A model generated the notes under the pieces. It was not told where the DNA came from. It saw nothing but the letters and a program-made list of their open reading frames with translations, and did no database searches. A stretch of 61,591 nt of DNA, the filler included, from Squatina squatina (lineage: Eukaryota), in the NCBI GenBank assembly GCA_031763465.1. It is 4 parts of 4 records of this genome, joined end to end, with 100 filler letters (N's around TTAATTAATTAA, not from the genome) between each part and the next. Parts side by side here need not be neighbours in the genome. Positions count along the whole stretch, not along the records: positions 1 to 14,465 come from JARFOE010000013.1; positions 14,566 to 27,698 come from JARFOE010000100.1; 2 more parts are not named here. The stretch is one strand, 5' to 3'. This document shows positions 12,642 through 26,577 of the stretch, one piece after another. Position numbers and translations under genes: made by a program. Each line of letters opens with the position of its first letter. The first letter of the stretch is position 1.

Positions 12642-13609
12642 CTGAGCACACACATACACAAACACACAAACAGATTATTAGGATTTGAATGCAGTCGTGG
12701 AAGAAAACACACCCACGCACAAATTTCAAACAAAATCAGTTGAACAGCAACTTAGCTTGGCTCGCTAACTGATAATCCTCCCAACACAAAAGTTAATACA
12801 TGTGTTGGTCTGCACNNNNNNNNNNNNNNNNNNNNNNNNNNNNNNNNNNNNNNNNNNNNNNNNNNNNNNNNNNNNNNNNNNNNNNNNNNNNNNNNNNNNN
12901 NNNNNNNNNNNNNNNCGTCAATAAATCAGTTTCAACTCAATTACCTCAGGAAGTAATCTGAGCAACATACATACATTCTCACTCCTGTGAGCTGCTCAAA
13001 TCAGCCAGCACATGGGGCGTGCGTGACAGACACAAGACTCCAGAACACGGTCCTAGGAAATATAACTTGCTTATTGCTGCCCCCTCCTCTCTGTGTTGAG
13101 TGTAGTCCAGTGGCTGCGGGATGGGATGTGACTGTAGCCTGGTACCTCTGTGCACAACTGATGCTCTCAGTCCCTCCTTCCTGTAACCGTTTCATGGATG
13201 ACGCTCAGAGCTGTGATACTACAAGGAGCTCAGGGGGGAGAGAAACGCATTGCTTTTTTTGCAAGGTGCAAACAGGATTGAGAACTAACAGGGGGTGCTG
13301 TGCTCCCGTCTCACACCAACTCGAATCAGACATTCCCACTGCCTTCCGCAGGGTCCTACCACCTAAAATAGCAAAATTCAAACACCCCACCCCCGCACCA
13401 TACGTCGCTTCACCAAACAGCACTTCCACAGCCACAGAACCTTCACACAGCAACCCAGCCCACGTCTTCGTAAAGTTATTTTTCTCTAATCAAATGTCAC
13501 AGTGTTAAGAGAGCACCACCCGCGAGCATATGCAATATATTCCAACAGCTGGATAAAAATCTATTTTAAATTAATTTGTATTTAACAGGCTGGCAGGAGA
13601 TTAATTAGC

Positions 13610-14465
13610 AAATCTGGATCTGAGTACAGACCAAGTAGAATGAACTAGAACTATGTGTACAGATCAGTACTAGAATAATATGGAACTGTCTGTACTGATC
13701 AGTACTAGCGTAATCTAGACCTGTTTGTACACGTCAATCCTAGAATAATGTAGAAGTCTATGTACAGATGAGGATCAGAATTAACTCGGACTGGGTGTAA
13801 AGATCGGCACTGGACTAATCTGGAACTGTGTGTACCAATCTTTGCCATTGTAATCTAGAACTGTGTGCACAGATCAGGATACAATAACCTGCAGCTGTGT
13901 CTACCAATCAAGCCAGAATAATCTAGAAATGTGAGTACAGATTAGTACTAGAATAACCTATAAATGTGTTTACTGATAAGGATCAGAACAGTCTAGAACC
14001 GTGTGCAACAATCAGGTCCTGAATAATCTGTGTGTANNNNNNNNNNTCCATATGAGAATCACCCAGAACTGTGTATACAAATCAGAATAGAATATACTAG
14101 AATTGTGTTTACAGATTGGGACTAGAATAATGCAGAAGTGTGTGTACAGATCCATACTAGAATCACCTAGAAATGTGTAAACAAATCAGGATAGAGTAAA
14201 CTAGAACTCAGATAATTTAGAACTGTGTCCATGTCAGTACTTGAATAATCTAGAACTGTGTGAGCGGATCAGGGTCAGAATAAACTAGAACCAAATGTAC
14301 AGATCAGTAGTAGAATAATCTACAACTGGGTGTACTGATCAGTAATCTAGAACTGTGCTTAGAGATCAGTACTAGAATAATCTAGACCTGTTTGTACACA
14401 TCATTTCTAGAACAATGTAGAAGTCTGTATACAGATGAGGATCAGTATTAGAGTTTGGTGTAAAG
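13610..14465. repeat. 35-bp satellite/minisatellite (consensus ~TAGAATAATCTAGAACTGTGTGTACAGATCAGTAC)
   Basis: TAGAATAAT recurs at 35-nt multiples (e.g. 13671, 13741). The array runs to the scaffold end. Confidence 0.9.
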
Positions 14466-14565
14466 NNNNNNNNNNNNNNNNNNNNNNNNNNNNNNNNNNN
14501 NNNNNNNNNTTAATTAATTAANNNNNNNNNNNNNNNNNNNNNNNNNNNNNNNNNNNNNNNNNNNN
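14466..14565. other. Artificial scaffold-concatenation linker
   Basis: 44 N + TTAATTAATTAA (14510-14521; palindromic, stop codons in all six frames) + 44 N. Confidence 0.97.
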
Positions 14566-14732
14566 TGTCATGTAAGAATTTAGATGAAGCTATTCTGTGG
14601 TGTTATTTGCCAGTCATGCTGGAAATGTGTCTTTTGTGGCTTCTTTAATTACTTCTCCCTTAATTACTATTACTGTTATCACTCCTTCACGCAAGAATTT
14701 GATAAAAGTAGGATTATAGGCTGCACTCTCTA

Positions 14733-14883
14733 TTCATGATGTCACTGGAATAGAACTTCATGATGTCACTGAAGGGGGCGGAGTATTCTATTCCAAATAT
14801 CTTTTCCTAGGCTGTCTCTAAGCAGCAGTTTCACAACTTTTAAAGCACATAAACTGAGAGTTTACTTAGAAATACCAGTAAGT
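14733..14883 (+). promoter_or_regulatory. Candidate promoter and non-coding first exon of MFSD6
   Basis: Two direct copies of TTCATGATGTCACTG (CRE/ATF-like TGATGTCA), a GC box GGGGCGGAG at ~14775 and a donor CCA|GTAAGT at 14878. The MFSD6 ATG exon has a splice acceptor, so an upstream exon must exist. Confidence 0.35.
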
Positions 14884-15902
14884 GTTAAATGTTTTCATTT
14901 GTTTTGTTTAGGATCATTTGGCAATTGAGATAGCAGCACTGCCCTTTAACTATTTTGTTTTAAACTGTTCTGATCTATTTTGTAACTCTTAAATCCCAAT
15001 CTCCTGACAGTAGTCACTTGATAGACTTTTTTTCTGAAAATAGTCACCTCAGATTCTTTATAATTCATTGTAAATGTATGACGAAGTTGCCTTTGTAACA
15101 GACTTTCTTTGTTTCTGTGGAGCATAAGATCTTTGTCTACAGTGCCAGTATCAGGAAGACCTGATTGGTGTGGCACTGAATCGACTTTGATGTTTATCCA
15201 ATGTTTGTCAAAAAGTACTGATGTGGCAGATGTCGCTTTTTATTGCAATTGAAGAGCAACCAGGATAGCCGCTGTTATTAGTTGTCATGGCTGGTAATGC
15301 AGGGAGTGATAATGAACAAACAGGTTTGATGTGAACTGACAGTGACAGCCACAGTGAGGTCATGATTTATGTAAATATATCCGTTCCTGTTTCATGGCTT
15401 ACATTTCAAGCTCAATAAGTACTGAACATCACAGCTATCACTTTGGAAGATAAGTAACTATTTGGTAGAAAACCTTTTTTCAATTCTATTTATTTTGCAA
15501 TTGCACTGTTTGATCCACTTAATTTCTCACAAGGTTTGGCTCTTCTCCATCTGAGTTCTCTTAGCCTTCATGGCGTAATGAAATTTCAAACAGAATTACA
15601 TGGCAAAAGCCTGCTTGATATGAAATGCTGCAATCATGTGAAATTCATGAACAAGAGTTATTAATTGTTGATGTGGTCAGATGATGATTTGGCTCTGTGC
15701 ATTATTGAACTATTCCAAAGCAAATCCAGCTGTTTGGATCCATGGCAATCATCAGACAATCTACTGTTACAGGCGATTTTTAAAGAGCTGGTGAAGTAGC
15801 AGNNNNNNNNNNNNNNNNNNNNNNNNNNNNNNNNNNNNNNNNNNNNNNNNNNNNNNNNNNNNNNNNNNNNNNNNNNNNNNNNNNNNNNNNNNNNNNNNNN
15901 NN

Positions 15903-16002
15903 CGGAAGCTCGGGGTCACGCATACAGACCAAATGGAGGTGTTCTACAAAGCGGTCACCCAACCTGCATTTGGTCTCCCCAATGTAGAGGAGACCACATC
16001 CC
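15903..16002 (-). mobile_element. Penelope-like element fragment (GIY-YIG endonuclease)
   Basis: The minus strand translates GCGLLYIGETKCRLGDRFVEHLHLVCMRDPELP, the YIGET..RL..RF.EH motif of the PLE GIY-YIG domain. Confidence 0.85.
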
Positions 16003-17092
16003 TCTAGTTTGGCCTAAACCAGCCTAAGGGGAGCAGCCCCTGCATCAGTGTCCCACGTGAGCTGTCCTGTGGCTATTCTGAGGGCCACGTTAGTGACAAA
16101 TTAGGGGCAGTTTTGTGTTGGATCCCCATATCCTGCTCGGAACCAGACTGAGACTGGCTAAAGCATTTCACATATGATACCTACTGCCAGCAAATAAAAG
16201 AAAGGCTTTCATCTTAGTAGTGTAGGCTAGCTTTACACTCAGTTCCCAGAGAAAGGCCTGTGTGTCTAACCGACTGCACCGACCACTTTCATAGGGCGCA
16301 TTTATACACTTATAGGGATGTTCCTACTTATGTTCCATGGAATGCAAAAATAAGGCTCTATTGTATTAAACGTGTGGGGCGAAGTGAAACATGTAATGAA
16401 AAGCCTGTTTTTCTCTTTAATTAGTAGCCCGAAAACAAAATCATTTTTTTGAGAAACACATGCTGTGAAGCTGTGCATTTCTGAAATTTCATTGGCAGAT
16501 CATTAATTATTGAGAAACCAGCAAATCTCCTGTTCATTGCAAAGAAGAGGAATTTCATCCACTCCTCCATTTCACGATGAATAATTTGATGCCCCTGGTC
16601 CTGATGAACAGTTACAAGCACTGTCTTTGAATTTTAAAATTGATTGAAAAGGTTTTGTGACTACATTTGAATTCAGTTGTATCATTAAATGAGGAATTTC
16701 AACCCTAGTTGGGAAATTTAAAGTGCTAATTGTGTTTCCCCTTACGGCTCAACTGGCTTGGACAGAGAGAAGCTGCGTTATGCATGCCAGGCAGGTCCCA
16801 GGTTAGATCCCAGTCTGAACTGAGTATATTTAAAACAAAGCACTTTTGATTTGAATAAAAATGAAAGAAATGCAAGAAAGGCCTCTTCTCAACAAATGGA
16901 ATGAGGTGTGCCATTTATTTAGCTACTTGACTAATCTAATCCATCCTACTCGATGCCACAAATTGAGAACAAGACAGCTTTTCCTGGAATTCATTAGAAA
17001 TACTAAGTGGAATTTAAGGCTTTATTTTTATAGACGCATAGAGAATATGCTAAATGTTTCCTTCTTCTTTGTATTTCCTTGTAGGAATCTGA

Positions 17093-18528
<1,436 letters not shown>

Positions 18529-19102
18529 NNNNNNNNNNNNNNNNNNNNNNNNNNNNNNNNNNNNNNNNNNNNNNNNNNNNNNNNNNNNNNNNNNNNNNNN
18601 NNNNNNNNNNNNNNNNNNNNNNNNNNNNCATGACACACATCTCTCGGCCTCTATGTGCTGGAACCCATGTACATCCTCCTGCATGTATCATAACTCACAT
18701 GTAGTCCCACATTCATAGGCCCAATGTAAAGGTAAAACATAATTGTTCTGTAGCCACTCTATGGTTAGGGTCCAGTGACTCTTTCTCTGGGATTGTTGTT
18801 TGAAGGTATGTTTGCTGAGGAGAAAAAGAAAAAATGATGAATTAAGAGGAAAGAGGGATAGCGAGCACAGGAAAATTAAAGGGACAAACAGGAGAGAGAA
18901 ATAAGGAGCAGAAGTGAAACAGAAGAGTAATAAGGGGAAGGAGAAAAAGGGAAAACTAAAAGTCAGAACTTAGTGGGCTCATATATCCTTCGAGTTACTA
19001 CGAGCAACGCCACAGGAGATCGATTAGCCTTTTGGAATTTCACAAACATTAGGGTTCAACACACTTAGATTATTTTCAAAGAATCTCTGGCTCTGTGCTT
19101 AA

Positions 19103-19255
<153 letters not shown>

Positions 19256-19449
19256 TAACATATGGCAAAAAAATTGTAATGATTGTTCCCAGAAATATCA
19301 ACACCAAAACTATCAATTAAAGTGGATCCTCCACTTGCTGTCTATAAGATGAGGAACTGAGTGGAAAGAGGTAAATTGAGCCTTTATCTGCTTAATCGCG
19401 ATGTAAAAAGCTTCTCATCTCGCCTCTTGTAAATTGAATATCTTTCATG

Positions 19450-19885
19450 TACTTTTTTCACACAGCGAGTAGGTCTGGAATGCACTACCTCAAAGGGTGG
19501 TGGAAGGAGATTCAAATATAACATTAAGTGAGGAATTGGATAAATATTTGAAGGGGACAAATTTACAGGGCTGTGGNNNNNNNNNNNNNNNNNNNNNNNN
19601 NNNNNNNNNNNNNNNNNNNNNNNNNNNNNNNNNNNNNNNNNNNNNNNNNNNNNNNNNNNNNNNNNNNNNNNNNNNNAACTATTACATATTACATACCATC
19701 TACAGCACAGGAACAGAACATTTGGTCCAACTGGTCTATGCCAGTGTTTATACTCAACCAAGTCTCCTCCCACTCGAATGACCTCTTTCCACTCTGTCCC
19801 ATATCCCACCATTCCCTTCTCCCTCCTCCCTCATGTATGCATCAAGCCTCCCCTTAAATGCATCAATATTATCTACTTCAACCAC
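19450..19885. mobile_element. CR1 LINE 3' fragments (plus before the gap, minus after it)
   Basis: TTTTTCACACAGCGAGT..TGGAATGCACTACC...GGATAAATATTTGAAGGG, and the reverse-oriented tail ACAGCACAGGAACAG..CATTTGGTCC. Confidence 0.65.
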
Positions 19886-20067
19886 TCCATTCGTAAAGAA
19901 ATTCCTCTTAAATTTGTTATTTGATCCATCAGTGGTTATCTTGTATTAAAAGCATATTGTATTAAATGTAATTATTTACTTCACAGTTGATGGTACTCCT
20001 ATATTACGTTGCTCATAAATGATGAGTTTCTGCTCTATCTTATTGTGTTAAATATTCTATTTTCTAA

Positions 20068-20406
<339 letters not shown>

Positions 20407-21489
20407 TGACACTTTTATATTTCAAATCTCACTCTGGCTATACATTATGATTTTATGGTCTCATGATTTTCTAGTTTATGTTTCTGAATTTGAGTCAAAA
20501 CAGTGAATGAAATTAGCTGAGAGACAATCTGCTCTGCCAAAATAAAACCGTGTTTTTAATCAGTAAACATTGGGTTTGGTTAGCAGCAAGTAATACTTTA
20601 ATTGTGACTGTCCTCCTAAAGTATAATGCTAGAGGTTGGCAGACATCATTAGCTGTATGCTCAGTACCTCTTCCAAACTTAATTTGCCCATTTCAACATG
20701 ACGATGGCAACTGAAGCTGTGCTCGCTGATGGAAACTGCTGCCTGCCTCAAACTGGGCAAGTGGCTCTTTGTGCCGCATCTTAACGCAGCATTTAGATGT
20801 TGACATTTCTGCAGTTTCAGGTTGAACCCTAAAATAAAAAGTTTTACAATAGTAAATTTATAAATATACTTCAATTTAAAAATGCACCCCACGGTTCTAT
20901 GTGCTTTAGGTTTCCTGAACTTTGGTTGTGCCATGCACTTTGTTTGGATGGGATGATGTGGAGCTGTTGGGGGTGGCGGGGCGGGGGTGCCATTCTAAAG
21001 AATGAGCATCATTTCCGATTCAAAAGGGAGGATCCTGCCAGAAATTTAGATTATTTACTTGGTTATATTCATCATATTTTGTCATAGGTGGAACCTCCGT
21101 AGGGGATGAAGGAGCCATGGCTCATCTCTTAATGAGGCAAATGCATGTTTTAATTTTTCTTCACTTGGGACAGGAGCTGAATTATATTGTGAACTATTTT
21201 TGCTTCCACCCCTCCCTACAGCAAGGAAAGTATCCACCTTTGAGCACCAACAAGCATCACTTCTCAAAACAGTTGGGATTTGATTTAACTTTGTAGCAGA
21301 AATGTTAACATCTGGACCTAGGCTTCCGCCTCCCGTTGCCGATTTTTGATGGATCTGGGCTGGCTGGAGGTGGAAAGTAACCCAGCAACACACTCCCCTG
21401 CGCCTCCATCTCTTTGCCTTTTTCCAGCAGTTGTTTTTGTCAGGGGAAACTGCACTCAACCATGTGTCATGGGTTTATGGTAAATACAT

Positions 21490-21676
21490 GCAGGGATCAG
21501 TGCTTGGGTCCCAGCTATTCATAATATACATCAATGATTTGGATGAGCGAACCAAATGTAATATTTCCAAGTTTGCTGACGACACAAAACTAGATACGAA
21601 TGCGAGATGTGAAGCGAATGTAAAGAGGCTTCAAGGCAGCTTAGACAAGTTGAGTGAGTGGGCAAAAACATGGCAG
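21490..21676 (+). mobile_element. CR1 LINE RT fragment
   Basis: [34 protein letters not shown] contains RT motifs B and C (FADD). Confidence 0.9.
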
Positions 21677-23668
21677 NNNNNNNNNNNNNNNNNNNNNNNN
21701 NNNNNNNNNNNNNNNNNNNNNNNNNNNNNNNNNNNNNNNNNNNNNNNNNNNNNNNNNNNNNNNNNNNNNNNNNNNNATCTGATCATTAGTGTTTACAGCG
21801 TTAGGTATATAATCTGCATCAAAGCCAAGCAGGAGAATGCAAACAACTGAGATTTGCTATCACGCTCCTTTTAACCCAGTACCGTCACGACTGTGAACAT
21901 GTTCAGGTTGAATAATCTTCCAGCGCCGTGTCTTGTCGAGAGCCTATCCTGCCTGTCCAGACTGCAGGAAAAGAGCTTTGCCCTTCAAACCTATGTTTAA
22001 TCTCTCCGGTCGCGTTGTTGATAAACCAACAACTGTCCCAATAAATATGTTAAAGGATTATTTTATATTTACTTTTCAATCGACGTTATAGCTGATTAAT
22101 TGTGTTTTTTTTAACCAGCTTTCCGAACGTGCCGAGACCTTCACGGTTACGCACAATATTTCTCAGCCACAACGTAAAGGTGGTCTGTCAAGGTCGAATA
22201 ATAATCCTTTTGGGATTCGGTGGATGATAAAGCTGCCCGGGAGCGCCAACAGACTAGTTGCCTCGTCACTTGAGTACACATATATGCAATTGAAATAACT
22301 TATATGCACCTTCGAAAGAATAAATCCGCACATACCTTTGTATTACTTAGCATATATAAACCTAAGTGAAGATTCCAAATTAAAAGCAACGTTGGAGAAT
22401 AAATAATGTACCGGTTTCTTGTGCTGTTTTTTAAATCGTTTACTGCATACTGCCAAATTCTAATAGCATACTGGGTTATTGTAGATATAAAATAACATCA
22501 AGCTGACAGTAAATCAATCAGAGCCGAACACTGTTTAAAAATAAGACTTCATTTTAAGTTAGAAGAGGTCTTTACAACGTTTCTGGTGTCAATCCACAAG
22601 AGTATTGACCAGGAATTGTGTTTAATGCTAACTTAACACGAGTTCCCAGATCCCATTTCAGCGGGCTGGAACTTACATTGAGGCTGTGGCCGTGTACTGA
22701 AGGTACAGCATATACGAAATAATAGCACTGACAGGAGACTTTCACCTGGTAGCTCGTTTCCTAGAGAATTACTTTCCCTCTCCCTATTCTGGCTCGGGTG
22801 AAAATTAAAACGCCAATTTTTTTTTTTAGCAAGATACTATTATAATGGTGGATCTTGAGAAATTGGACATTTAAAAAAAACTGATGAGATGTAAAACTGC
22901 TCGAGGGTGATTACATTCAAAGAGTTTGGTGTGTTGCAGATACAGTGGAGTGTCCTCCACGCCTGGTTTAACCTGAATAATAAATCATCTGTCCCCTCGG
23001 GACCCTTAGATCCATTCATTTCATCTATTGACTACGTGCCAATCTGAGTGGCAAAGACACGCCTTGAAGAAAAGTAAACTCTGCAGTTCTTCAAACTAAG
23101 TGTAATGTTTTCATTAGCTCCACGCTCTTCAACAAATTTACTGCCAATTAAATTACTTTGAACAAGAAATTAGCACGAGGTCCAAACTAAACTTTGACCG
23201 CGACCTAAAATCCTTCTGACATTGCATTCTTTCTTTATAGCTGGCCTCTTTTTATTATGGGGAATGATTGGATTAAAACACTTGTAACCTTGAAAACTTC
23301 AGGCGCAGAGTTGTGAAACCATCAAATTGTGGAGGTGGTGCTCCTCTTTCCTCATCAAACGCACGCAAGAAAATTGAGAGACGGATCATGCCCTCTCACT
23401 ACACCCTCCCACCCCCGCAGCTTCCTGCACCTGTCTGGGGGAACTGGTTCTCAACAGATTACTAATGCAATATTGCACCACATGCGTTTAGCAACATTTA
23501 CTGTGACCCAGCAACAGAGACAAAACACAGGCACTGCTGCTATCTATTAGACAGGCACACTGGAACACATGTATGGTCTTTATATGTAGTATATGTAGTA
23601 GCTCGGACTCAAATCACGGCATGAACGAGTTTCTGTGACGGTGTAAGGCGTTCATTCAGCCCTCTACT

Positions 23669-23733
23669 CCAATCCGCCCCGATTGATTGCTGTTACGTGA
23701 ACTGCTGAGCCTTGCTTTTGGAAACAGGTAAGA
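23669..23733 (+). promoter_or_regulatory. Candidate promoter/short first exon (CCAAT + GC box + donor)
   Basis: CCAAT at 23669 directly followed by CCGCCCC at 23674; strong donor CAG|GTAAGA at 23728. Confidence 0.3.
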
Positions 23734-23938
23734 TATTGCTAACTGATTCCTTAGTAAGCTCCAGAGCTTCAGAATCTTGATACTTTGGAGAAAGGAGTCA
23801 AGCTGTACAGTATTATCCCAACGAGTGCTACATCTGAANNNNNNNNNNNNNNNNNNNNNNNNNNNNNNNNNNNNNNNNNNNNNNNNNNNNNNNNNNNNNN
23901 NNNNNNNNNNNNNNNNNNNNNNNNNNNNNNNNNNNNNN

Positions 23939-24202
23939 CAGATCGCTGAGAACTGTCAAAACTTCATTGAAAGATACACCTACCTGATTGGCTGGGACCT
24001 CCCATGTGACCTCTCAGGCTCTTCGGTTTGACTTGCTCGGGAACCGAGGCAGCCCCGCTCCGAATCTCCAACTCAAGGTGGGTGGGGGGTTGCTGAAGGT
24101 CGCAAACTCTCGTGGATCCAGGACCCTTAGGTAAGCACGTAATTTTTTTTGCGATTGGAGGTATCCACACGCAGGAAGCCTCCAATCGCAATTTCAGGCC
24201 CA
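23939..24202. mobile_element. MITE-like element end, same family as 2908
   Basis: Terminal GCAATTTCAGGCCC with subterminal hairpin GATTGGAGG...CCTCCAATC; its reverse complement aligns to 2910-2995. Confidence 0.55.
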
Positions 24203-26054
24203 TTAAAGCCTGATTTAATATGTGGGGAGATTTAACTCTAATGCATTGTGCAAATATTGATGAAACTCCAAGGTTTAACATTAAATGATGATCCTAAGTA
24301 TTTTAGGAGTGGCCAAATACGTTAAATTGCCCAACCCAAAAGTAGAAAGAATTATTGTGCACACATGTTCACTTCTGTAACCTTCATTAATAGTTTGTGA
24401 CCTCAGTTCACAACTGTCAATATTTCCATGATATTATATATTTATATGTGCATATTAGAATAATGGGTAGTTAGCAGGGAGTTAAAATTTGTGATTGCAT
24501 TGGGTGAGTCATGTTCCATCATGACCAAGTAGTCGCGAATTAAAACACTATCTACCTGTTAATTATTTTGCAATGCTCCTCATGCATTTGTTTTTTGAAG
24601 AATATTTAATTAGGATACATACTTACATTGCATACTTAATCTGAAATGTAGTTCTATATACAGCACAGCCTTCAAGTTCAAATCAAAGATAAATTATAAC
24701 TGAATTACTTTAATGCAAGAACAATATGTATTTCATTTAATCAGAAACACTTTGTAGATGTAATAGTTTGGTTAACTCTTATACAAACATCATTCAAAGC
24801 AAAATGCAACCTACAAGATTAACACTGTATATTTAATTAATTTACTGGGGACATACACCAGTGCCTGATGTGCAAAGTCATGAGATCCTATCAGCACATT
24901 GACTAAATTACTGTATCTTGGTACATTCTAAGCAGTAATTTTACAGAGAAAAGGCGGCCCAATTGGTCTCCTGAAATCTCCAGGAAAATGGCACTAAAAT
25001 GGCACCAAGCNNNNNNNNNNNNNNNNNNNNNNNNNNNNNNNNNNNNNNNNNNNNNNNNNNNNNNNNNNNNNNNNNNNNNNNNNNNNNNNNNNNNNNNNNN
25101 NNNNNNNNNNAACTACAGAGAGTTTGCCAAGTTGGCTTCAACTTTCTGTTTTAAAAAAAAGCTTAAAAAAGAAATAGTCTGTGCAGTAATGCGAGAGGAG
25201 GTGGTTTTCCCCAGTGCTGTGAAACTAAATAAGGTCGTTTATATTTTCTAGCGCTATTTTTGTGATGTGTTCTTCACCTGTCGAATGATAAATGGCAAGA
25301 AAGCTGAGGCAATACATATTGAAAGAGTTTTTAGTGATGACTTGCATTAGGCTAACAGGCTTAAGTCACATTACGCTGGTTAATATGGAAGCGAGTGTAA
25401 CACAGATGTGCTCAATGGCTTCTGGACTGAGAGACAAAATTCATCTGGTCAGTGACAATTTACTTTTTTACACCATCAAGTTTGCAGCAGAGTAAATTGG
25501 AGATGAATTTCTTGCAGAATTCCCATGATGTCTTGTTCCAACCTTCAAATTATGGCATTGTCAATGTCAGGCAAGTCTTATTCCGGATGCATTGCATTTT
25601 AAGGGTCCCAGGGTCTGCAGCTGTGTCCTGCCTTTGGGTGTTTACCAACACAAACGTGGCATGATACACCAACATCTGTTTCAAAGTAGCCTTTGACAAC
25701 AACTGTAAAGGGAACTATAGGAGTAGTTAATAAGCACACACACGCAGAGCTCCAGAACTGTACATTTTGTGTCAATCACTAGGGGTCCCCCCACCCATCT
25801 TCTGAGAGCAGACCTCCCTCTCATTGCGAGGTGTTACCTTCACATGTGCACTGTTACCAGGTCGACCATGAGGGAGAGAGAAAAACAGACACACACACAT
25901 ACCGCACGACAAAAGAAAATCTATATTATTTTCACGGAAAGGGAGACTTATATAAATAGAAGTGATGTACAGTCCGTGCAGCTAATGCTCAGCTGGTGAG
26001 AAGCTGACTTCATTGCAGTTGGCCGCTCCACTCGTTATGTTTGGTATTCCTTCC

Positions 26055-26577
26055 ACCATCCTCCCACGGACTGCGCCCTCCCACGCCAGGATCTGCGTCA
26101 CGCTGGCCGTGTGGGAGTGAGTATGAGCNNNNNNNNNNNNNNNNNNNNNNNNNNNNNNNNNNNNNNNNNNNNNNNNNNNNNNNNNNNNNNNNNNNNNNNN
26201 NNNNNNNNNNNNNNNNNNNNNNNNNNNNNNNNNNNNNNNNNNNNNNNNNNNNNNNNNNNNNNNNNNNNNNNNNNNNNNNNNNNNNNNNNNNNNNNNNNNN
26301 NNNNNNNNNNNNNNNNNNNNNNNNNNNNNNNNNNNNNNNNNNNNNNNNNNNNNNNNNNNNNNNNNGGCGAAGGCGAGCGTGTGCTCCAACCAAATGCAAG
26401 CGTAGAGCACTTGGCTGCTCCTCCCCCGCTCGGCGCGGTCAGAGAGCAGCGGCAGCCCCTCTCCAGGCTGGGACAGCAAGCCATAAAGTTCTCACTTGGC
26501 GACAGCTCACCAAAGAGAGAGAGAGAGGGGGAAGCGAAACTCTGGGAGCCCGGCAGCGTACATTGCACCAGGTAGGC
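26055..26577 (+). promoter_or_regulatory. CpG-rich candidate promoter and non-coding first exon with clustered EGR-type sites (possibly NAB1)
   Basis: EGR-like sites CTCCCACGC (26078), GTGTGGGAG (26109), CTCCCCCGC (26421) and a weaker one at 26061; TGCGTCA at 26094; locally raised CpG; donor CAG|GTAGGC at 26572. The gene identity rests only on MFSD6-NEMP2-NAB1 synteny. Confidence 0.45.

Noticed and set aside
12987-13508. 173-aa ORF
   Set aside because: No recognisable domain or convincing splice context; likely a chance ORF.
13610-14465. CRISPR-like appearance of the 35-bp array (also the 33-, 41- and 80-bp arrays)
   Set aside because: Head-to-tail degenerate monomers with no unique spacers, no cas genes, and a eukaryotic context.
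18629-18718. MFSD6 ending in HDTHLSASMC...PHS*
   Set aside because: Artefact of reading through a 100-N gap into intron; true downstream exons exist at 19126 and 20120.
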